From NCBI GenBank assembly GCA_965223545.1, contig OZ245006.1, positions 6,368,001 to 6,432,000 on the forward strand: a DNA stretch of 64,000 nt, in the 5' to 3' direction. The stretch is from Planctomycetota bacterium (GTDB lineage Bacteria; Planctomycetota; UBA1135; UBA2386). A model generated the notes under the pieces. The model was not told the origin of the DNA and did not search any database. It saw nothing but the letters and a program-made list of their open reading frames with translations. Both the position numbers and the translations under genes were made by a program. Shown here one piece after another: positions 58,332 through 64,000 of the stretch (the first letter of the stretch is position 1; the number at the start of each line of letters is the position of its first letter).

Positions 58332-59675
58332 TTAGCGTTCGGCCGCGTCGGGCACCACGTGTGAACCGCCGCCGGCGTAGACGGCGGCGAAGCGATCGTA
58401 GTTGCCGCTGATTCGGCCGGCAGGAAGTGGGCGAAGGCGGGCGAGGCGGCTCGGGTCGGCCAAGCAGCGGCGCAGCACCTCGCGCAGCGCGGCGGCATTG
58501 CCGGCCTCGAACAGATAGCCGTTCTCGCCCTCGCGGATCAGCTCGGACATGCCGCCGAGATCGGATGCCAGGACGGGCACACCGGCCTCGAAGGCCTCGA
58601 GGATCACGAAGGGCGTGTTCTCGTACCAGGTCGACGGAACGATCAGCAGGTCGGTGTCGGCGAGGACGGCGCTGATGCGGTCGCGGTCGAACGGGCCGGG
58701 GAACGCGATGCGCGCATCGCTCGCCGCCCGCTCCCGCATCTGCGCGATGTAGTCGGCGAACATCGGCTCTTCGGTGCGACCGTGGACTTGCAGCCGCAGG
58801 TCTCCCGCCAGCTCGCGCACCGCGTCGACGACGAGGTGGGGGGCCTTCCAGGGCGACAGCACCCCGGCGAACGCGAGCCGCAGCGGGGTGCGCGGCCGCT
58901 CCACCTCGACGCGCTGCACCCGGCCCGGCTCGAGCCCGTAGGGCTCGACCTGTAGCCGCTCGCGCGGCACACCGTTGCGGGCGAACATGTCGGCGAGGAA
59001 GCGGGACGGGGCAAAGACGGCGTCGGCCAGGGCCAGCCGTCGCAGCTGGATCTCGCGCCGATGCACGAGTGCTGCCAGCTGTTCCGGCTTGTGCCAACTC
59101 GGTCGGCCCTGCCCGCGCGCCTTCGCCAGCTGCAAGGCGAGCGCGGCGTGGCCCTCCGGCACCGCTGCGCCGAGGTGCGGATAGTGGCACGGGACGCAGC
59201 CGAGGCCGCCGTCGGGAGGCCCTTCGCACAGCGTGCCGTCACTGCGCAGCAGAGTGAAGCGCGGGCACACGTACCAGAAGTCCATCAGGTGCACGGCCGT
59301 GCGCACGCCGTGGTCGCGGGCGGTCTCGATCCAGTCGGAGCCGAGGTTGCGCAAGTGGAAGAAGTGCACGGCGTCGGGGCGCAGCGACTCGAGCACGGAG
59401 CCGAACTTCGCCGCGAGCAGCGGGTTGTCGTAGTCGCGCAGCACTTCGTTGGGAGCCAGGCCCCACCAGTAGCGCAGCCGCAGCACCGGGGTGCCGTCAT
59501 AGCTCTCTTCCCGCAGCTCGAGCGGTGGGTTGTCACAGCCGAGGTCGGGGTCCAAGGCGAGCACCGTCACCTCGTCGCCCCGCCGCCGCGCCTCTCGCGA
59601 CACGGCCAGCACGTACTGCTCGGTGCCCGAAAAACACTCCGGGAAGTACTGGTGGACGACGTAGAGCAGCTTCAC
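58332..59675 (-). CDS. Glycosyltransferase family 4 with Cys-rich insert
   Basis: VHQYFP...GTE.Y, DFWYVCP...C...C..C, PSTWYENTPFVILEA...G.PV..S..GG..E. Confidence 0.9.
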   Translation of the reverse strand: MKLLYVVHQYFPECFSGTEQYVLAVSREARRRGDEVTVLALDPDLGCDNPPLELREESYDGTPVLRLRYWWGLAPNEVLRDYDNPLLAAKFGSVLESLRPDAVHFFHLRNLGSDWIETARDHGVRTAVHLMDFWYVCPRFTLLRSDGTLCEGPPDGGLGCVPCHYPHLGAAVPEGHAALALQLAKARGQGRPSWHKPEQLAALVHRREIQLRRLALADAVFAPSRFLADMFARNGVPRERLQVEPYGLEPGRVQRVEVERPRTPLRLAFAGVLSPWKAPHLVVDAVRELAGDLRLQVHGRTEEPMFADYIAQMRERAASDARIAFPGPFDRDRISAVLADTDLLIVPSTWYENTPFVILEAFEAGVPVLASDLGGMSELIREGENGYLFEAGNAAALREVLRRCLADPSRLARLRPLPAGRISGNYDRFAAVYAGGGSHVVPDAAER

Positions 59676-60706
59676 GACAGGATTGCGCGATAGGCGGCGT
59701 TCATCTGCTGGCCGACGATCGGCCACCGGTAGTGTTCGTCGACGCGCCGGCGCGCCAACGCGCCCAGCTGGTCGACGCGGCTCGAGTCGTCGCTGAGCGC
59801 TCGCAGCGTCTCGACGGCGGCATCGACGTCGCCCGGCCCGACCAGCACTCCACCCTCGCCCACGTACTCAGGGGTGCCACCGGATTGGGTGCTGACCACG
59901 GGCGTGCCGCAAGACATGGCCTCGAGCACCGCGTTGTTGGAGGTGGCGAGCTTCAGTGGCAGAAACAACGCCGTGGCCCGGCGGTTCTCCTCGAGCAGCT
60001 GCTCGTCGTGGATGTTGGACATCACGCGAGTGTTGCGGCAGCCGTCGAACTGGGCGGCGTGCTGCTCGAAAGTGACGACGCGGAAGTGGATCCGCGGCTC
60101 GAGCTCGTTGAGGCGCCGAATGGTCGCCACCACCATGTCGATGTCGCGCAGCCATTGGCCGACGACCAAGAACGTCGGCTCGGGCCACCTCTCGACCTCG
60201 GGGTCGGGGGCCCAATACGCGTCGTCGACGCCGTGCGGCACGTGGTGGATGCGGTTCTCGGGCAACAGCTCGCGGAAGAACGGCAGCTGCGAACGGGACA
60301 TGATCACGACCGCGCTGGCGCCCTTGATGTAGCGCAGGTCCTCGACGTGGGATGCCAAGAACTCGGGTGGCTGGTGGAACGAGCCGACGATGCGGTTGTT
60401 GAGCTTCGGCTTCCACAGCGAGCTGATGCGTAGGTCGTTCTCGGCGTAGAAGAAGTGGAACAGCGTGCGCACCGGTTTGAGCATGCGCAGGCAGATCTCC
60501 AGCTCGCGTCGCATCTGTGGTCCGCCGTACCAGTTTGAGTGATAGTACGGCAGCTTGCGGATGCGTCGCCACGAGACCTTGTCCACCATGCGCTTGGCCA
60601 GCCCGCCGCTGACGAACGCCTCGCCATCGACGTACTTCGCGAGCTGGTCGTAGCCCGAGAACCGCGCGTGGTGGTCGATGTGGTTGTAGATGAGGCGGAC
60701 AGCCAT
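59672..60706 (-). CDS. Glycosyltransferase family 4
   Basis: VPHGVD, NNAVLEAMSCGTPVVST..GG..EY. Confidence 0.88.
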   Translation of the reverse strand: MAVRLIYNHIDHHARFSGYDQLAKYVDGEAFVSGGLAKRMVDKVSWRRIRKLPYYHSNWYGGPQMRRELEICLRMLKPVRTLFHFFYAENDLRISSLWKPKLNNRIVGSFHQPPEFLASHVEDLRYIKGASAVVIMSRSQLPFFRELLPENRIHHVPHGVDDAYWAPDPEVERWPEPTFLVVGQWLRDIDMVVATIRRLNELEPRIHFRVVTFEQHAAQFDGCRNTRVMSNIHDEQLLEENRRATALFLPLKLATSNNAVLEAMSCGTPVVSTQSGGTPEYVGEGGVLVGPGDVDAAVETLRALSDDSSRVDQLGALARRRVDEHYRWPIVGQQMNAAYRAILS

Positions 60707-60734
60707 GCCAGCTTCGGGGCGGTGCTCCTCTGGG

Positions 60735-62972
60735 TCAGCCGTTGCCGATGGCGCGCTTGGCCTTCGGGAACAGCCGGCGTGCGATGTCGAAGGCGTGCGC
60801 GCGGCGCAGCAGGCGCACCAGGCGCATCTGCTTGAGCGCGTTGTGCTCGGCGAAGACGCGCTCGAGCTCGGCGAGTCGGTCGGCGTCGATCGTGGGTTCT
60901 GTCGGCGCCGGTGGGGGCGGCTCCTCGGCCGGAGGCGGCACGGTCACTGCCACTGCCGTGTTGCCGAGCACGGCGATGTGCGCATTGAGCATGCCGAGGC
61001 TCTCCAAGTAGCCCGCGATGCGTGTCTGCGCCTCTTCGTCGACCACCGGCATCGGACCGTAGAAATCGCCGCACACGGAACCGACGTGTCGGACGGCGAG
61101 ATCGCCGTGCGCACAAGCCGCCGCCGCCAGTGCGCAGATGCGGTGCGTCGGTTCGAGCAGGCCGGCGAGATGGCGGCAGCGGGCGAGCGCCGCGGCCCGC
61201 GCGCAGAACGCGGGGGGCGCTGGCTGACCGGCGACCAGCAGGTCTTCGGCGCCGAAGTCGGGGCGGTACGGAAACACCTTCGCCGTTGCCGGGCGGAGCC
61301 AGGGAAAGCTGGCGCAGGCGGGGCCGTCCTCGAGGACTTGTTGCGCGACGCGCAGCAGCCCACCGGTGTCGAACGCGGTGCCTGCCATGGCCCACAAGAC
61401 CGGCGTGTCGTCGTCGAGGGCCAGCCACGGCAGCGGGTCGTGCACGGTGAACGGTGTGAAGCCGGGTGGCGCGTCCACGCTGCCATCGGCGGGCACCAGC
61501 ACCCACCGCGTCCAGTCCGACCCGGTGAGCTCTTGTTGGATCGAGGCCGCACCCGCCGCGAGGGCGGCGTCGTCGGCCCCGATCGCATCGAGGATCAGCG
61601 CGCCCGCACCGGGCACGGCGGGTGGCGTTCGCTCCGGGTGGAAGCGCGCCGGCAGATCGAACTGCGCGGCAAAGGTCGGCTTCTCCGTCTCGGCTGCGAC
61701 GACTTTTTGGAACAGGTCGAGCTTGGCTGCGGTGAGGCGGGTCGGGTCGGTGATGGCCTGCGCGCGCTGCACCGCGCCGGCGCGCAGGCGATCGGCCAGC
61801 GCGCGGTCGTCGAGCACGTTCTCGAGTGCGCGGCTCAGTGCGCCGGCGTCGCCGCGGGCGAACACCGCCCCGCTGACCGCATCCTCGACCATCTCGGCGT
61901 GCCCGCCGTGGTCGGAGACGACGCACAGGCCGCCGACGGACATCGCCTCGAGCACCGCACACGGGTAGTTGTCCCAGGGGGCGGCGTGCACGAACGCCGC
62001 CGCTGCCCGGGCCGCTGCCAGGGCGTGCGCGCGCGGGACGTTGCCGAGCCGGAGGACGCGATCGCGGTAGGCATCGGGCACGATGCTGCGCAGCACGTCG
62101 GCGAAGCGCTCGCCGACGTGCCACATCTCCTTGCCCAAGAACACCAGCCGCAAGTCGGGGCGCCGGGGAGCGAGTTCGGCGAACGCGCGCAGCACCAGAT
62201 CGGAACCTTTGCGGGGTTCGATGCGGCCGGTGCACAACAAGTACGCGCGGCCATCGCGCAGCGGGGCGGGCAACTCGTCGACCGCCTCCGGCAGCTCGAC
62301 GTGATAGGGGATCACCGCGCGGAGTGCGGGCAGCGTGTCGTCGAACTGCTGCTCGTAGCGCTGCATCAGCGAGTGCGACGGAGTGATCAGCGCGTCGGCG
62401 TGGCGGATGCAGTACTCCTCGTGCAGCATCAGGTGCCGGTGCGGCCGATAGCCGAGTTCCCAGGTGTGCTCGTTGGTGGTGAAGGCGATGCGCGAGCTGG
62501 TGTGGCCGTGGATGCACACCGGCGGAAAACGGTGCCGGTCGCCGCTGCGGCGGCGCCGGATCACGTAGAGCGCCTCGGCAAAGAACTCCGGCGACTCGAT
62601 CACATCGAGGCCGACTTCGTCGTGCAGCATCTCGATGTAGTTGGCGGCACGGTGGGCGGCAATGTTGGCGGCGTGCAGCGCCCACAGCCGGTGAGGCCGT
62701 TCGTAGTCCCGCGGGTTGACGTCGAAGAAGCGCGCGTCGGGGGGAGGTTGCCGCTTCTCGTCGAAGCAGCGCACGCGGTGGATGGTCAGGTTGCCCTCGC
62801 GCCACATCGCCTCGGTGTCGCGCGCCGCGGTGCTGCCCCAAGCCGCGCGGTTGGTGACCACGTGCACTTCGTGTCCGGCGGCCGCGAGATGGCTGGCAAC
62901 GGCGTTGTGGTAGGTGGCGATGCCGCCCCCCGGAAACGGTGCGAACTCGTGGCTGAGCAGGCAGATCTTCAT
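60735..62972 (-). CDS. Glycosyltransferase family 4 with long C-terminal extension
   Basis: GGIATY, GRIEPRKG, DNYPCAVLEAM..G......GG..E, then about 300 further residues; start ATG 62972. Confidence 0.85.
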   Translation of the reverse strand: MKICLLSHEFAPFPGGGIATYHNAVASHLAAAGHEVHVVTNRAAWGSTAARDTEAMWREGNLTIHRVRCFDEKRQPPPDARFFDVNPRDYERPHRLWALHAANIAAHRAANYIEMLHDEVGLDVIESPEFFAEALYVIRRRRSGDRHRFPPVCIHGHTSSRIAFTTNEHTWELGYRPHRHLMLHEEYCIRHADALITPSHSLMQRYEQQFDDTLPALRAVIPYHVELPEAVDELPAPLRDGRAYLLCTGRIEPRKGSDLVLRAFAELAPRRPDLRLVFLGKEMWHVGERFADVLRSIVPDAYRDRVLRLGNVPRAHALAAARAAAAFVHAAPWDNYPCAVLEAMSVGGLCVVSDHGGHAEMVEDAVSGAVFARGDAGALSRALENVLDDRALADRLRAGAVQRAQAITDPTRLTAAKLDLFQKVVAAETEKPTFAAQFDLPARFHPERTPPAVPGAGALILDAIGADDAALAAGAASIQQELTGSDWTRWVLVPADGSVDAPPGFTPFTVHDPLPWLALDDDTPVLWAMAGTAFDTGGLLRVAQQVLEDGPACASFPWLRPATAKVFPYRPDFGAEDLLVAGQPAPPAFCARAAALARCRHLAGLLEPTHRICALAAAACAHGDLAVRHVGSVCGDFYGPMPVVDEEAQTRIAGYLESLGMLNAHIAVLGNTAVAVTVPPPAEEPPPPAPTEPTIDADRLAELERVFAEHNALKQMRLVRLLRRAHAFDIARRLFPKAKRAIGNG

Positions 62973-64000
62973 GACACCGCCCGGATTGCCGTGCTCTCGC
63001 CGGGTTCCAGGGTCGACAGGGCCTCGCGCCACCGCTCCAGTCGGTCGATCAGATCCGGCAGCTTGGGAATGTTCATCAAGGCCCACTTGAGGTCGGCCAG
63101 AGCCACCGCCGCCGGCGAGACCTGACCGATGAGCCGGATGTCGATCGGCGCGATCGCCTGCCAGATCGGCTTGAAGTCGGCCCACTGGCGCGAGGCGATC
63201 AGGCGTTCTACCGGTTCGAGCAACAGGGCGCGGGTACGGGAAAGAGAGAAGTAGGCGGGTGCGACGAAGCCCTCCGGTGCGCCCCACTCGTCGAGCTCGA
63301 AGCGGTCGCCGAGTAGGGCTGTCTTGCGCCGGCCCTGCAAGTACCACGGGATCACGCGGCGGGCGAGGAAGAACCACTCGTGCTGCAGGTGGTCCTTGCC
63401 GAAGTTGCGGTCGAAGACCGCGATGTTCTTCGTCGCCGAACGGCCGCCGAAGATCGTGTCGTGCGGGATGTGAAAGATGTAAGCGCCCGGATCGGAGTAG
63501 CAGGTCGCGCCCGCGTGTTGCGCGCGCAGGCTGAACTCGAACTCGTCCATGCCGTAGCTGCCCTCGTAGATGCGGTCGAAGCCGCCGAGGAGCTTCCACA
63601 GCGACTTGCGGAACGAGGTGTTGGCGCCGACCGGCACGACGTAGGTGGCGTGCGGAAAGTGCGCGGTCTCCAGGGTGAAGAACGTCGTGCCGAACGCTCC
63701 GGTGGAGCCCTGCAGGAACTCGAAGCGCGGGCCGGTGCCGACGCGCATCGACGTCTCGTGGATCGCGTGGTGGGAGGCCAGCGAGTGCGGGCCGAACAGA
63801 CAATCCGAATCGGACATCATCACCACGCCGTCGAGAGCGTTGGCGATCGCGGCGTTGCGCATGGTCTGCAGCCGGTAGCGCGCGACGCGCGGATGCCGCA
63901 GGATCTTGTAGGCAAGGTCGTGCTGGCGCAGCGCGTGCTCGGCGACGTCCGGCGTGCCGTCGGTCGATCCGTCGTCGGAGATCACCACCAGGTCCGGGCG
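62969..64000 (-). CDS. Glycosyltransferase family 2 (start lies beyond window end)
   Basis: ISDDGSTD, RN, SDSDC, GGFD..Y..YGMDE. Confidence 0.85.
   Translation of the reverse strand, partial: RPDLVVISDDGSTDGTPDVAEHALRQHDLAYKILRHPRVARYRLQTMRNAAIANALDGVVMMSDSDCLFGPHSLASHHAIHETSMRVGTGPRFEFLQGSTGAFGTTFFTLETAHFPHATYVVPVGANTSFRKSLWKLLGGFDRIYEGSYGMDEFEFSLRAQHAGATCYSDPGAYIFHIPHDTIFGGRSATKNIAVFDRNFGKDHLQHEWFFLARRVIPWYLQGRRKTALLGDRFELDEWGAPEGFVAPAYFSLSRTRALLLEPVERLIASRQWADFKPIWQAIAPIDIRLIGQVSPAAVALADLKWALMNIPKLPDLIDRLERWREALSTLEPGESTAIRAVS

Noticed and set aside
1..64000. tRNA/rRNA genes, prophage or integrase
   Set aside because: No cloverleaf or rRNA-like segments seen in the short intergenic gaps and no phage or tyrosine-integrase motifs.

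Overview
GC-rich bacterial chromosomal window of about 47 genes. Gene content (sulfatases, DUF1570, lamin-tail exoproteins) suggests an uncultured Planctomycetota lineage, which is an inference. It holds housekeeping genes (mdh, glpD, nagA, arfB, ino1, queF, lysC-dapB-dapA-dapD), secreted and lipoproteins, a tandem duplication of a ~700-aa exoprotein next to a collapsed ABC-transporter remnant, a convergent NYN/DUF2779 nuclease pair separated by a perfect 36-bp-arm hairpin, and a glycosyltransferase cluster from about 51.7 kb to the end. The main finding is an IS110-family element at 54209-56148 inserted inside a palindromic REP-like repeat. An empty copy of that repeat at 5113-5200 shows the pre-insertion target (GGCCGCA-AC-CAAA). 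The 374-bp non-coding left end can be folded by eye into a structured RNA whose internal loops match both halves of the target and both halves of the element's circle junction, i.e. a readable bridge RNA. Bridge recombination is a known mechanism, but this instance appears unusual in four ways: a mismatched AC/AT core, Thr in place of the catalytic Ser, a nested RNA topology and a long C-terminal tail. All calls come from reading motifs by eye; no searches were run.
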